The notes beneath the pieces were generated by a model, which saw nothing but the letters and a program-made list of their open reading frames with translations, did not search any database and had not been told where the DNA came from. Made by a program: the position numbers and the translations under genes. 64,000 bases of DNA, taken from positions 20,057 to 84,056 of the forward strand of contig JAHZAY010000005.1 in assembly GCA_019423685.1 (NCBI GenBank). The letters are read 5' to 3'. Source of the DNA: Clostridiales bacterium (GTDB lineage Bacteria > Bacillota > Clostridia > Oscillospirales > Ruminococcaceae). Within the stretch, counting starts at the first letter, position 1. Each line of letters starts with the position of its first letter. Of the stretch, positions 34,472 to 44,254 are shown one piece after another.

Positions 34472-35008
34472 TTAATAGTTCTGTGCTCTGAGCTCGAAGT
34501 ATGCCTTTGGATGTGCGCATACCGGGCAAACTTCCGGCGCTTCCTCGCCGAAGTGGATATGTCCGCAGTTGCGGCAGATCCAAGCCTTTTTGCCTTCGCG
34601 GTTGAATACTTTGCCTTCCTCGATGTTCTTGCACAGAGCTTTGTAGCGCTCCTCGTGCTCTTTCTCGATGGCAGCTACGCCCTCGAAGAGGTTTGCAATG
34701 TGATCGAAGCCCTCTTCTCTTGCCTCTTTTGCGAAGGTAGCATACATATCGGTCCACTCATAGTTCTCGCCGGCAGCTGCATCTTTGAGGTTGTCTACGG
34801 TCTTGCCGATGCCGCCGTTGAGGAGCTTAAACCACATTTTTGCGTGCTCTTTTTCGTTGTTGGCAGTCTCGGTAAAGATCGCAGAGATCTGCTCAAAGCC
34901 CTCTTTTTTAGCCTGGGAAGCGTAGTAAGTGTACTTGTTTCTTGCCTGGGATTCTCCTGCAAATGCAGCCTGCAAATTTTTCTCAGTCTTTGTTCCTTTG
35001 AGTTCCAT
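34472..35008 (-). CDS. rbr: rubrerythrin
   Basis: The ferritin-like diiron motifs are ESQARNKY and NEKEHAKMW. The C-terminus has a rubredoxin-like CRNCG ... CPVC. Confidence 0.9.
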   Translation of the reverse strand: MELKGTKTEKNLQAAFAGESQARNKYTYYASQAKKEGFEQISAIFTETANNEKEHAKMWFKLLNGGIGKTVDNLKDAAAGENYEWTDMYATFAKEAREEGFDHIANLFEGVAAIEKEHEERYKALCKNIEEGKVFNREGKKAWICRNCGHIHFGEEAPEVCPVCAHPKAYFELRAQNY

Positions 35009-35040
35009 AGTGATAGTTCCGCCTTTCTTTGTAAAATCGT

Positions 35041-35445
35041 TTATTTAGACTCTTCTTTCTGGCAGCTTCGACAGATACCCCAGGCCCGAATCTGGACCTC
35101 CTGTACCTGTGCGCCGACCTGTGCAAACGTGGCTTTCAGCGACTCCGTCTCCCTCCCAACATCGCACGGCAGGTCAAATACTCCGCCGCACTGGGTACAG
35201 ATCAGATGTGGGTGCATGGTGGTCACCGCGTCAAAGCGATCTCCGCCAATGCCGGTATGGATGCGCCGCAGCAGCCCCATCTCCTCCAGAATGTTTAGAT
35301 TCCGGTAAACCGTCCCCAGGCTGATCTCGGGAAGCTGTTCTTTTACTGTGAGGTAAACTTCCTCCGCGTTTGGGTGCTCATGAGAGGCCTTCACCGCGTC
35401 ATACACAAGCGTCCGCTGACGTGAATTTCTTCTTTGTTCCGCCAT
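35041..35445 (-). CDS. perR: Fur family repressor, probably PerR
   Basis: The Fur-family HTH reads [11 protein letters not shown] ... HPNAEEVY ... [19 protein letters not shown], with CxxC ... CxxC pairs (CTQCG, CRSC). It is co-transcribed with rbr, as in clostridial perR-rbr units. Confidence 0.75.
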   Translation of the reverse strand: MAEQRRNSRQRTLVYDAVKASHEHPNAEEVYLTVKEQLPEISLGTVYRNLNILEEMGLLRRIHTGIGGDRFDAVTTMHPHLICTQCGGVFDLPCDVGRETESLKATFAQVGAQVQEVQIRAWGICRSCQKEESK

Positions 35446-35461
35446 CTCTTCGCTCCTTATC

Positions 35462-35480
35462 AGTAATAGTTCTTATTACT
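35462..35480 (-). promoter_or_regulatory. AT-rich inverted repeat (candidate Fur/PerR box) in the perR leader
   Basis: AGTAATA-gttct-TATTACT is a perfect 7-nt inverted repeat. It lies between the -10 box and the RBS of perR. Confidence 0.4.
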
Positions 35481-35486
35481 TATTAA

Positions 35487-35514
35487 AGTATACCACAGAT
35501 TATTGAAAAGTCAA
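35487..35514 (-). promoter_or_regulatory. sigma-A promoter of perR-rbr
   Basis: On the minus strand: TTGACT (35509-35514), 16 nt spacer, then TGgTATACT (extended -10, 35487-35492). Confidence 0.6.
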
Positions 35515-35688
35515 GTGCACTTTTTACCCAATTTTATATCCCATTTCTTAGCTAGTATACCCACAAAGCCACATCACCAATCCAAAAGGAGCCAAAGCAC
35601 TGCCAGGAAAGTTGGGATAGCGAGGACAAGGGATTATGCAGGATTCACAAAAATAAAGAAAATGGGATAAAAAAGCCAAATTCTGCCC

Positions 35689-35717
35689 TTGACAGCATGC
35701 ACACTCTTCGATATAAT
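35689..35717 (+). promoter_or_regulatory. sigma-A promoter of rplJ-rplL
   Basis: Consensus TTGACA (35689-35694), 17 nt spacer, then TATAAT (35712-35717). Confidence 0.75.
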
Positions 35718-35987
35718 AATAAAGCTGTCAATTCCAAAGACAGCAGGTGCAAATGCAAAACAGCATTGCTTAAAGCAAGCCTGCCGAGGAAATGATGAGA
35801 AAGTATTATGACTTTTCATCTGCTCTTTTGCCTCGGAGCGTCATGCTTTGAGGAAAAAGGGCTTTTTTAATTTTTCGGGTGATCCGAAAAAGCAACCCTT
35901 TTTCGGAGCGGCGATTTGCATCGAATCCGCGCCGCGGCCTCCCCCAAAAAGGACCGCGCACAAACATTTTTCAGGAGGTGAACTGAT
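35718..35987 (+). ncRNA. rplJ 5' leader (probable L10(L12)4 autoregulatory leader)
   Basis: A structured untranslated region of about 270 nt lies between a consensus promoter and rplJ. It has several hairpins and U-rich tracts, for example gccgagg ... cctcggag and gggctttttt. The position is as expected for the Firmicute L10 leader. The motif itself was not verified by a covariance model. Confidence 0.45.
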
Positions 35988-36539
35988 TTGCCTAACGAAA
36001 AGGTTTTACTCGAAAAACAGCAGTATGTTGCCGAGCTCAAAGACAAACTCGCAAACGCTGCTGCCGGTGTCCTGGTAGATTACAAGGGCATCACCGTAGC
36101 TGACGACACCAAGCTCCGTAAAGAGCTGCGTGAAGCTGGCGTTGAGTACCGTGTTGTAAAGAACACCATGCTCCGCCTGGCACTGAAGGACACTCCTTAC
36201 GAGGAGATCTCCAACGTGCTGGAAAACACCACCGCGATCGCAATCTCCCCGGAGGACCCGATCGTCGCTGCAAAAATCATCTGCAAATACATCGAGGGCG
36301 CTAAGAGCTCTTACGCTGTAAAAGCTGGTTTTGCAGATGGCAAACCGATGGATAAAGCTGGCGTTGAGACCCTGTCCAAACTGCCGAACAAGGAAGGCCT
36401 CGTTTCCATGTTGCTCAGCGTACTCACTGGCAACCTCAGAGGTCTGGCTGTTGCAATCAAAGCAATCGGCGAGAAGAAAGAGGAAGAGGCTGGCGCACCT
36501 GCCGAGGCTGCTACTGCTGAGGCTTCTGCTGCTGAATAA
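35988..36539 (+). CDS. rplJ: 50S ribosomal protein L10
   Basis: The TTG start follows AGGAGG. KQQYVAELKDKLANAAAGVLVDYKGITVADDTKLRKELREAGVEYRVVKNT is the L10 signature. Confidence 0.95.
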   Translation: MPNEKVLLEKQQYVAELKDKLANAAAGVLVDYKGITVADDTKLRKELREAGVEYRVVKNTMLRLALKDTPYEEISNVLENTTAIAISPEDPIVAAKIICKYIEGAKSSYAVKAGFADGKPMDKAGVETLSKLPNKEGLVSMLLSVLTGNLRGLAVAIKAIGEKKEEEAGAPAEAATAEASAAE

Positions 36540-36615
36540 TCCATCATCCGCACTGCATTGTGGCTAAAATGGCCACAGCACTGAATTTGAAAATTTACAT
36601 TATGGAGGTACTATC

Positions 36616-36990
36616 ATGGCTTCTGAGAAAGTTTTAGCATTTGTTGAGAATGTTAAAGAACTGACTGTTCTTGAGCTTGCTGAGCTCGTAAAAGCACTGG
36701 AAGAAGAATTTGGCGTTTCTGCCGCTGCTCCTGTTGCTGTAGCTGCCGCTCCGGCTGCTGCTGCTGCTGAGGAGGAGAAGACCGAGTTTGACGTAATCCT
36801 GAAGAGCGCAGGTGGCTCCAAGATGGGCGTTATCAAACTGGTTAAAGAGATCACCGGCCTGGGCCTGAAAGAGGCTAAAGCTCTGGTTGACGAGTGCCCG
36901 AAACCGATCAAAGAGGGCATTTCCAAAGCTGACGCTGAGGAGATCAAGACCAAACTGGAAGAGGCTGGCGCTGAGGTAGAACTCAAGTAA
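36616..36990 (+). CDS. rplL: 50S ribosomal protein L7/L12
   Basis: It has the Ala-rich hinge and the C-terminal domain [10 protein letters not shown] ... [24 protein letters not shown] ... [18 protein letters not shown]. Confidence 0.95.
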   Translation: MASEKVLAFVENVKELTVLELAELVKALEEEFGVSAAAPVAVAAAPAAAAAEEEKTEFDVILKSAGGSKMGVIKLVKEITGLGLKEAKALVDECPKPIKEGISKADAEEIKTKLEEAGAEVELK

Positions 36991-37014
36991 GTCTTTAACA
37001 GAAAAAAGTTTTTT

Positions 37015-37051
37015 ACCGGATACAGAAAAGTTTCTGTATCCGGTTTTTTTC
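37015..37051 (+). terminator. intrinsic terminator of rplJL
   Basis: accggatacagaaa / tttctgtatccggt forms a 14-bp stem followed by ttttttt. Confidence 0.9.
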
Positions 37052-37160
37052 TGCCCTTGTCTGCCTTTCCCGCAGGCAAAAAGTTTTGCGCTCTCCTTGG
37101 TTTTGTGTTATACTAGTCCTAAATTCGCACACCCACCTTTTACTGTAAAAAGGAGCATCC

Positions 37161-39125
37161 ATGACTTCCCAATTTCTTCCTATTACCAGAGCTGAGGCCA
37201 CCGCACGCGGATGGGACCAGCTCGACTTTGTCTATATTATCGGCGACGCCTATGTCGATCACCCAAGTTTTGGCGCCGCAATCATCTCCCGCGTTATCGA
37301 ATCGCTCGGCTTTTCCATCGGCATCATCTCGCAGCCGGTTTCGGACCGCGACTATATGGAATTTGGCGCGCCCAAGTACGCCTTCCTGGTCACTGGAGGG
37401 AACATCGACTCGATGGTCGCCCACTACACCGCAGCCAAGAGAAAGCGCAGCGACGACGCCTACACTCCCGGTGGCAAAGCAGGCCGGCGCCCTGATCGAG
37501 CCACCATCGTCTATTCCCGCAAGCTGCGCCAGCTTTATCCCGACTCTTCGATTGTCATCGGCGGTCTGGAAGCTTCGCTGCGCCGCTTTGCCCACTATGA
37601 CTATTGGGATGACGCCGTTCGCCCCTCCATTTTGATCGACTCACAGGCCGATCTGCTGCTGTACGGCATGGGCGAAAAGGTGATCGCTCAGCTCACCGGA
37701 CAGCTCAAAGCGGGAAAGGAGATCCACCAGATCCGGGACATTCGCGGCACCTGCTACCTGTGCACCCAGGACGAGATCCCCAAGGACAGTGTAACCTGTG
37801 CCTCCTTCCACAAAGTTTCGGAAAATAAAGAGAGCTATGCCAAAGCGCATCAAATCCAGACCGAATGGCAGGACGCTGTCTACGGCAAAACCATTGTGCA
37901 AAAGCAGACCAACGACCTGTATTTGGTACAAAATCCGCCGATGCCCACCCTTACCCGCGAAGAGTTGGACCGCGTGTTCGATCTGCCCTTTACCCGCACC
38001 TACCACCCCTCCTACGAGGCGATGGGCGGTGTGGACGCCATCAAAGAAGTTGAGTTTTCGATTATCCAGAACCGCGGCTGCTTTGGCAACTGCAATTTCT
38101 GCGCCATCACCTTCCATCAGGGACGGCAGGTAGTCTCCCGCAGCGAGGACTCGATCGTCCGCGAGGCCGAGGAGATGACCCACAACCCCCATTTTAAGGG
38201 GTACATCCACGATGTGGGCGGCCCAACGGCCGATTTCCGCTACCCCTCCTGCAAAAAGCAGCTCAAATATGGCCTGTGCCAAAACCGCAAGTGCCTGGCC
38301 CCTAAGCCCTGCCCGCAGCTGGAAGTGGACCACATGGAGTATGTGGAAGTCTTGCGCAAGCTGCGCGCCATTCCAGGTGTCAAAAAGGTGTTTGTCCGCT
38401 CGGGAATCCGCTATGACTACCTCAACGCCGACCCCAACCCTACCTTCCTGCGGGAATTGGTACAGTACCACATCAGCGGACAGCTCAAGGTCGCCCCCGA
38501 ACACTGTGTCAACCATGTCCTCGACAAGATGGGCAAACCGCACATTCAGGACTTTGACCGCTTCTGCAAGCGCTTTTATGAGGAGACCAAGAAAGCCGGC
38601 AAGGAACAGTATCTGGTCCCCTATCTGATGTCCTCCCATCCGGGATGCACCATCGCCGACGCGGTGGAGCTGGCTCTCTATCTCAAGCGCCACCACATGC
38701 GCCCTGAGCAGGTGCAGGACTTCTACCCCACCCCCGGCACAAACTCCACCTGTATGTTCTACACCGGCTTGGACCCGCAGACGATGGAGCCGGTTTATGT
38801 TCCCAGAACGGCACAGGAAAAGTTCTATCAGCGCACCCTTCTGCAATCCTACAAGCCGGAGAACCGACACGCGGTGATCGAGGCCCTCATCTATGCGCAC
38901 CGGGAGGACCTGATCGGCTATGGTCCGGACTGCCTGGTTGCCCCGGACAACGAATACATCCGCACCCACTCCCGCAAGCCCGCTGCCACCAGCAAAGCCA
39001 CAAACCAAAAGGCAGGCTCTGCCCGCTCCAAGGCGCCAGCTCACCGCTCCAGAAGGGGCAGTGTGGTCACCCGCAACGGGCTGCTGACCAACGATACCCA
39101 TTCCCCTCGCCGCAGAGGCCGATAA
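37161..39125 (+). CDS. ygiQ: YgiQ family radical SAM protein (UPF0313)
   Basis: The N-terminus FLPITRAEATARGWDQLDFVYIIGDAYVDHPSFG is typical of YgiQ. The radical SAM CFGNCNFC (CxxxCxxC) motif and a basic C-terminal tail are present. Confidence 0.85.
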   Translation: MTSQFLPITRAEATARGWDQLDFVYIIGDAYVDHPSFGAAIISRVIESLGFSIGIISQPVSDRDYMEFGAPKYAFLVTGGNIDSMVAHYTAAKRKRSDDAYTPGGKAGRRPDRATIVYSRKLRQLYPDSSIVIGGLEASLRRFAHYDYWDDAVRPSILIDSQADLLLYGMGEKVIAQLTGQLKAGKEIHQIRDIRGTCYLCTQDEIPKDSVTCASFHKVSENKESYAKAHQIQTEWQDAVYGKTIVQKQTNDLYLVQNPPMPTLTREELDRVFDLPFTRTYHPSYEAMGGVDAIKEVEFSIIQNRGCFGNCNFCAITFHQGRQVVSRSEDSIVREAEEMTHNPHFKGYIHDVGGPTADFRYPSCKKQLKYGLCQNRKCLAPKPCPQLEVDHMEYVEVLRKLRAIPGVKKVFVRSGIRYDYLNADPNPTFLRELVQYHISGQLKVAPEHCVNHVLDKMGKPHIQDFDRFCKRFYEETKKAGKEQYLVPYLMSSHPGCTIADAVELALYLKRHHMRPEQVQDFYPTPGTNSTCMFYTGLDPQTMEPVYVPRTAQEKFYQRTLLQSYKPENRHAVIEALIYAHREDLIGYGPDCLVAPDNEYIRTHSRKPAATSKATNQKAGSARSKAPAHRSRRGSVVTRNGLLTNDTHSPRRRGR

Positions 39126-39158
39126 AGAGGAAGATTATCCACGGAGGGACCTTTTTTC

Positions 39159-40145
39159 ATGGCAAGACGAAAGCGAAAACAAATTAACAACCTGCCCAAG
39201 TGGCTTTTATCTGCGCTGGGCGCGGCCGTACTCATTCTGGGGTTCATCTTTTACGGCGGCGATCTGGGCGGAATCGACACCTCCTTTGCGCAGGAATGTA
39301 TGAACTTCATCGACCGCATCCTCTATGGCGGGCCGACATCCCCTTCCCCCACCTTGCCCACCTCCGGTGAGCTGAAGGTGTATATCATCGATGTCGGACA
39401 AGGCGAGAGTATCCTCATCAGCACCGAAGAAAGGTCGATGCTAATTGATGCCGGAGAAAACGACAAGGGCGACGAGGTGCTCGACTTTATCCACGACCTG
39501 GGATTGGAACAGCTGGACTATGTGCTGGCCACCCATCCCGACTCCGACCACATCGGCGGGATGGACACCGTGCTGGAAAACATCGACGTGACAGAGGGTG
39601 TCTTTTTCGGCGAGATGCCGGACAAGCTGATCCCCACCACCAAGACCTATGAGGATGTGCTGGACGTCATCGAGGAGAAGGATATTTCCCTCTTTACTGC
39701 CCTGGCAGGCGACACCATCGACCTTGGCAGCGGAGCTGTCTTGACGGTGCTTGGCCCAGTGGACCCACAGGCAGCGGACAACAAAAACGACACTTCGGTC
39801 GTCACCCGGTTGGATTTTGGGGAGAGCTCCTTTCTCTTTAATGGCGACCAGGAGGAGGATATGGAGCTGCAGCTGCTGCAAAGCGGCGCCGACTTGGACT
39901 GCGACATGATGACGATGGGACATCACGGCAGCTCGACCTCCTCCAGCCAGCAATATCTGGATGCAGTGACTCCGGAATACGCTTCGATCTCCTGTGGGCG
40001 CGGCAACCAATATGGACATCCGCACGACGAAACGATAGAAAAGTTGGAGGCAATGGGGGTCGAATATTACCGCACCGATGTCAACGGAAACATTACCTTC
40101 ACAAGTGACGGCGAGGACATCAGCGTCCGCACCGAAAAGCCGTAA
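39159..40145 (+). CDS. MBL-fold hydrolase related to the ComEC/Rec2 C-terminal domain, membrane anchored
   Basis: It has an N-terminal TM helix, then LKVYIIDVGQGESILI ... ATHPDSDHIGG ... GHHGS motifs. Confidence 0.75.
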   Translation: MARRKRKQINNLPKWLLSALGAAVLILGFIFYGGDLGGIDTSFAQECMNFIDRILYGGPTSPSPTLPTSGELKVYIIDVGQGESILISTEERSMLIDAGENDKGDEVLDFIHDLGLEQLDYVLATHPDSDHIGGMDTVLENIDVTEGVFFGEMPDKLIPTTKTYEDVLDVIEEKDISLFTALAGDTIDLGSGAVLTVLGPVDPQAADNKNDTSVVTRLDFGESSFLFNGDQEEDMELQLLQSGADLDCDMMTMGHHGSSTSSSQQYLDAVTPEYASISCGRGNQYGHPHDETIEKLEAMGVEYYRTDVNGNITFTSDGEDISVRTEKP

Positions 40146-40169
40146 ACTAAAAAAAGTAGGTGAACAACA

Positions 40170-40403
40170 ATGAAAGAACTGATTATCGACCGATTTGAGG
40201 AAGGATATGTGGTCTGTGAGACGCCGTCCGGCAGCTTTGACGCAATCCCCCGCAAAAACCTGCCGCCCGAGGCCGAAGAAGGCAGCTGCATCGTCGTCTA
40301 TGACGACGGGCACATCGAAGTGGACATCGAAAAAACGATGCGCCGCCGTGCAGCCAACATGTATAAACTCAAAAATCTGCTGTGCAAGCGAAAAGAAAAA
40401 TAG
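40170..40403 (+). CDS. DUF3006-like small protein
   Basis: MKELIIDRFEEGYVVCE ... IPRKNLPPEAEEGSCIV is the pattern of DUF3006 proteins, which commonly follow ComEC-like MBL genes. Confidence 0.6.
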   Translation: MKELIIDRFEEGYVVCETPSGSFDAIPRKNLPPEAEEGSCIVVYDDGHIEVDIEKTMRRRAANMYKLKNLLCKRKEK

Positions 40404-40405
40404 GT

Positions 40406-40439
40406 AAAAAAAACGGGAGCAAAATGCTCCCGTTTTTTT
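40406..40439. terminator. bidirectional intrinsic terminator
   Basis: Hairpin acgggagc-aaaat-gctcccgt, with an A-run upstream and a T-run downstream, between convergent genes. Confidence 0.85.
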
Positions 40440-40662
40440 ATACATGTCGTTCCCTTGCTGTTTCGTGGCTTGTTTCGGTATCGCGGAAGAAGAAGGAAAT
40501 CGCCCAGACACCAGCCAGAGCCACCAACGTGTACACGATGCGGCTGAGGATCGCTGTCTGTCCGCCAAACAACGCCGCTACCAGGTCAAACTGGAAGATA
40601 CCGATGCTGCCCCAGTTGAGTGCTCCGATAATAACCAGTGCCAATACAAGTTTATCTAGCAT
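40438..40662 (-). CDS. DUF378 family small membrane protein
   Basis: LALVIIGALNWGSIGIFQFDLVAALFGG matches the DUF378 signature (GALNWG ... FDLV). Confidence 0.7.
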   Translation of the reverse strand: MLDKLVLALVIIGALNWGSIGIFQFDLVAALFGGQTAILSRIVYTLVALAGVWAISFFFRDTETSHETARERHV

Positions 40663-40756
40663 TCTAACATCTCCTTATCATTTTTTAAGGGACAATGTTA
40701 GTTTTCACCGTTCTTTGCGTTCTATACATCCTGCTAAAAACATATTTTGGTATGAA

Positions 40757-41023
40757 CTATTTCCCACTAAGTTCTTTTAAACAACTCTCACAAACCCAAT
40801 TCTCTTTGAATTTTTTTAAATTTTGCTGCGAAGAACAAAAAGCGCAGCAGTTTTCTTTGGACGGTTCATATTTTTTGATGACTATGGTGTTGTCCTGCAT
40901 CTGTATCTCCACCGCGTCCCGGATCTGGATATGCAAGGTCTTGCGCATCTCGATAGGCAGCACAACCCTTCCCAATTCGTCTATCTTTCGGACAATTCCT
41001 GTCGTTTTCAACGTAATCCGCAT
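40757..41023 (-). CDS. AbrB/SpoVT-family DNA-binding protein with a C-terminal Cys4 extension
   Basis: TGIVRKIDELGRVVLPIEMRKTL is the SpoVT-AbrB swapped-hairpin motif. The C-terminus has CAFC-x15-CESC. The start is uncertain (ATG 41023 or ATG 41068). Confidence 0.7.
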   Translation of the reverse strand: MRITLKTTGIVRKIDELGRVVLPIEMRKTLHIQIRDAVEIQMQDNTIVIKKYEPSKENCCAFCSSQQNLKKFKENWVCESCLKELSGK

Positions 41024-41192
41024 CCTTTCCCTGTCTAGATTCGTCTTTTTATGATAAATATACTTCATTTTCCATTTTCTGTCAATTCCTTTTGTGGCGG
41101 CTTATGCGACTTCAAGGGGATAAATGGGACTCTTTTTTTGCGGTCTTGTCGAACTTTGACACATCCTATCAAATTAAGGAGGTTGTTTTTCT

Positions 41193-41801
41193 GTGCTTGC
41201 CGTGCTGATTGTCGGAATTTTGATTCTATCCGTTGTGACTTCCATTTTCCAGGGGAATGTCGAGGCTCTCTGCGAGTCGATTCTTGCCTCTCCACAAAGG
41301 GCGCTGGAACTTTGCATCGCCACCGGCTGTTCCATCTGCCTTTGGAGCGGTGTGATGGAGGTGGCACGGCAGGCCGGGATTTTAAAAGGGTTGTCTAGGC
41401 TGTTTTCTCCGCTGGTTTCCGCCCTCTTTCCGAGGGTACAAAGCGAAGAGATCCGGCAATCGATCTGTGCAAACCTCTCCGCCAACCTGCTCGGACTCGG
41501 CGCAGCAGCAGCTCCAGCAGGCATTGCCGCTGTACGGGGACTTCAGCAATACTGTCCAGACCGTTCGAGCGCCTGCAACGAAAGCATCCTGGTGATTGTG
41601 CTCAACACCGCTTCCTTGCAGCTCATCCCCACCACCGCTGCTATGCTGCGCTTACAGGCCGGTTCTGCCGAACCGATGGCCATTCTCCCCGCTGTTTGGG
41701 TCACCTCCGCCCTCTCGATTAGCGCAGGCCTCATCGCCGCCAAATTTTTAGGAAGGGCATCCTCCCCACAACTTTATCAAAGCAGGAGGCAGACACAATG
41801 A
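41193..41801 (+). CDS. spmA: spore maturation protein A (nucleoside recognition/Gate domain)
   Basis: The GTG start follows AAGGAGG. It is a membrane protein with ALELCIATGCSICLWSGVMEVA, and it pairs with a downstream SpmB-like gene through a 4-nt overlap. Confidence 0.7.
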   Translation: MLAVLIVGILILSVVTSIFQGNVEALCESILASPQRALELCIATGCSICLWSGVMEVARQAGILKGLSRLFSPLVSALFPRVQSEEIRQSICANLSANLLGLGAAAAPAGIAAVRGLQQYCPDRSSACNESILVIVLNTASLQLIPTTAAMLRLQAGSAEPMAILPAVWVTSALSISAGLIAAKFLGRASSPQLYQSRRQTQ

Positions 41802-42319
41802 GCTTCTTTTCCAACCTGTTGATCCCTGTTTTGTTGGCCGCCATCTTTTTGACCGCCCTATTCAAGCGGGTGGATATTCTCAGCGCCTTTGGCAAAGGTG
41901 TACTCGACGGATTGCAGGTCGTACTGGATATGTTCCCTGCCCTGCTGCTGCTGACTTTAGCCGTCGGCGCATTCTCTGCCTCGGGAGCGCTGAATGTCCT
42001 CTCCTCTGCGCTCAAGGTGCCCGCCAAACTGCTTGGCCTGCCCCAAGAAGTCATTCCCCTGACACTGCTGCGTCCGCTATCGGGCAGCGGGGCGTTGGTT
42101 ATCTTTGAGCAGATTCTCTCCGAGGTCGGTCCAGACAGTTTTGCCGGCAGAGTTGCAAGCGTGTTGATGGGTTCAACCGAGACAACCTTTTACACCATCG
42201 CCCTCTACTGTTCTGCCGCCAACATTCAAAAAAGCCGCTATGCTGCACCGGCCTCGCTGTGCGCCGATCTGATGGGATTTCTTGCCAGTGCAGCGGTGGT
42301 TCGGTGGCTAATGGGGTAA
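41798..42319 (+). CDS. spmB: spore maturation protein B
   Basis: LRPLSGSGALVIFEQIL ... GSTETTFYTIALY is typical of SpmB. It is translationally coupled to spmA. Confidence 0.7.
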   Translation: MSFFSNLLIPVLLAAIFLTALFKRVDILSAFGKGVLDGLQVVLDMFPALLLLTLAVGAFSASGALNVLSSALKVPAKLLGLPQEVIPLTLLRPLSGSGALVIFEQILSEVGPDSFAGRVASVLMGSTETTFYTIALYCSAANIQKSRYAAPASLCADLMGFLASAAVVRWLMG

Positions 42320-42349
42320 GTTATACAGCAAAAATTGGTAAAGCAGCGA

Positions 42350-42724
42350 TTATTCTCGTTTTTTGCGATCCAATTGACCTGCTATTTGCACCGGCACAAT
42401 CAGAATTGCCGCGATGGCAGCGACAGAGAAGAGGATAAATAAGAAAACGGCAAAATACAAATCCACTTTTGCAAAAAACAAAACAGCGGATAAAATGACG
42501 CTGATAGCCGAAAAAACGGCACATAAAAACCCGGCCGCATTGTTGCCATACTCCCATTTTTGCTGACTTGCCATTATTTTTTTATGATGATACCCTACCC
42601 TACAATCGGGAAATTTTGTGCGTTTCTTTCTCAAAACAAATGCTAAAATTCCTAAAATCAGAGCCAATACAAGATAAAGCAATTCCACCAAAATCATTTG
42701 TCCCCACAATCTCCCTTCTGTCAT
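42350..42724 (-). CDS. SdpI/YhfL-like small membrane protein
   Basis: Four predicted TM segments. The motif RVGYHHKKIMASQQKWEY resembles the SdpI-family IGYRT ... S ... W loop. Confidence 0.5.
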   Translation of the reverse strand: MTEGRLWGQMILVELLYLVLALILGILAFVLRKKRTKFPDCRVGYHHKKIMASQQKWEYGNNAAGFLCAVFSAISVILSAVLFFAKVDLYFAVFLFILFSVAAIAAILIVPVQIAGQLDRKKRE

Positions 42725-42787
42725 TCATCCTTATTTTCCGTCTACCTTTTTTCACCGGTTTATCCCTCAGCAAAGTGCCCAGCCATC

Positions 42788-44005
42788 TTAAGCTTTTTTA
42801 GTGAAATCATCTTCTATTCGCACCACCGGCTCGGTGTAGTCCAACCCGCCCGGGAAGATCTGTTGTGTGAATGTGCTGTAGTACCGGTCTGTACAGGCAG
42901 CTTCCAACTCAGCGCAGTCGTGTGCATTTGCAGAAGTTTTGGACAAGGTTTTGAGACTCACCGATACCGGCAGCGAGGCTGTGCGCTTCATTGTGGAAAG
43001 AATCTCCCTTCCCCGCCCATTCATTGCGAGCACCCGCAGATAGGGTGGCGGGAGTTTGTGCGCCTGCCCCGGTATCTGCAAAAAGGCCGCCAACACCAGC
43101 CGCCGCACCCGAGAAAGCGGATAGCGCTTGGTCTTTATCAGGCTGTACAGCTCGTCGAGCGAACAAGCTCTCTGCGACGCCGCATACAGGCGGTTTTCGA
43201 TCCCCTCCGAAACATCCGGCAAAAGGGCAAGCTCCTCCCGATGCATTTGGCGCAAGGCAGAGAGGACGGCGCGCTCACCGTTTTTCATCTTGGCAAGTTT
43301 GCCCATTTGGGTCGCCTGTTGAAAGCGTGCAGCAGCCTTTTTGGGCAGATAAGGCTCTGCCTGTTCCCATCTGCCCTGATACAACAGTTCCCGCAGAAAG
43401 CTTGCCGAGGCATACCCCTCAACCGGTGCACCGTCATGGGCGTTGCCCACCCGCTCCAGCGCCACCGGTTCGACCGTCGCGGCAAGCTGCTCAAGCTGGG
43501 TCAGATACTCCACCGCGAGGATGTTGTTGGGACTTTGCAGCACCGATGCGACCGCATCGCCGCAGACCTGTCGCACCGCCTCTTCTCTTGCGGCGGCAAA
43601 GGTGATACCCTTTGCCAGTTCCGATTGCAATTGCCCACGCACAGCATCCTCCTGCAAGGCGCCTGCCGCTTGACGCAGCAGGGCAACATCGGCATCCTCT
43701 GCGCCAAAACCCAGCCAGTCCACACAGCCCATCGCCTGTACAAGATGAACCGCTCCAAAGGCAAACCCTTGCGCTCCTGCACAGGCATAAGCTGTCGGCA
43801 GCTCCACCACAAGATCTGCGCCCGCATCCAGTGCGGCAGCAGCCCGCACCCGCTTTGGAAAGATGGCCGGCGTGCCCCGCTGGGTAAAATTCGGGCTCAT
43901 CACCACAACAAGGTGACTGGCGCCCCGCTCGCGCAGCTTTTGCAGCTGCCAGAGATGCCCTTTGTGAAAGGGATTATATTCCGCAATGACGGCGGCGATC
44001 TTCAT
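42788..44005 (-). CDS. tmcAL: tRNA(Met) cytidine acetate ligase (YlbM/UPF0348 nucleotidyltransferase)
   Basis: IAEYNPFHKGHLWQL is the HxGH nucleotidyltransferase motif, and VVVMSPNFTQRG ... DLVVELP matches the YlbM/TmcAL family. Confidence 0.8.
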   Translation of the reverse strand: MKIAAVIAEYNPFHKGHLWQLQKLRERGASHLVVVMSPNFTQRGTPAIFPKRVRAAAALDAGADLVVELPTAYACAGAQGFAFGAVHLVQAMGCVDWLGFGAEDADVALLRQAAGALQEDAVRGQLQSELAKGITFAAAREEAVRQVCGDAVASVLQSPNNILAVEYLTQLEQLAATVEPVALERVGNAHDGAPVEGYASASFLRELLYQGRWEQAEPYLPKKAAARFQQATQMGKLAKMKNGERAVLSALRQMHREELALLPDVSEGIENRLYAASQRACSLDELYSLIKTKRYPLSRVRRLVLAAFLQIPGQAHKLPPPYLRVLAMNGRGREILSTMKRTASLPVSVSLKTLSKTSANAHDCAELEAACTDRYYSTFTQQIFPGGLDYTEPVVRIEDDFTKKA

Positions 44006-44254
44006 GTTCCAGCCTCCTATTTTTCGGTGAATTGTTTGTTCGTCTTAACCGCTCTATGCGCTTATTGGAGCTTAATTTTGGCTTACTTTTCGGGAAAATT
44101 GGCGATTTTTTACCTCTTTTGCCAAAATATTAGCTCCCCTCTCTTGAAAAGTTTCTTCAAATATAATAATATAGTAAGTGTAAAGGAGTGTCAATCTGCC
44201 TCTTCACCGCTTTTTTGTGCGGCGAGGCTTTAAAAAATTATGGAGGAATTTGAT

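Noticed and set aside
37641-39101. 486-aa minus-strand ORF antisense to ygiQ.
   Set aside because: The plus strand encodes a radical SAM protein with a CxxxCxxC motif and a YgiQ N-terminus. The antisense frame is an artefact.
42698-44233. 511-aa plus-strand ORF antisense to tmcAL. The same applies to 44270-45508 antisense to ackA, 55415-56455 antisense to oppF and 58431-59534 antisense to oppB.
   Set aside because: In each case the opposite strand carries a well-supported gene. These frames have no RBS and an implausible composition.
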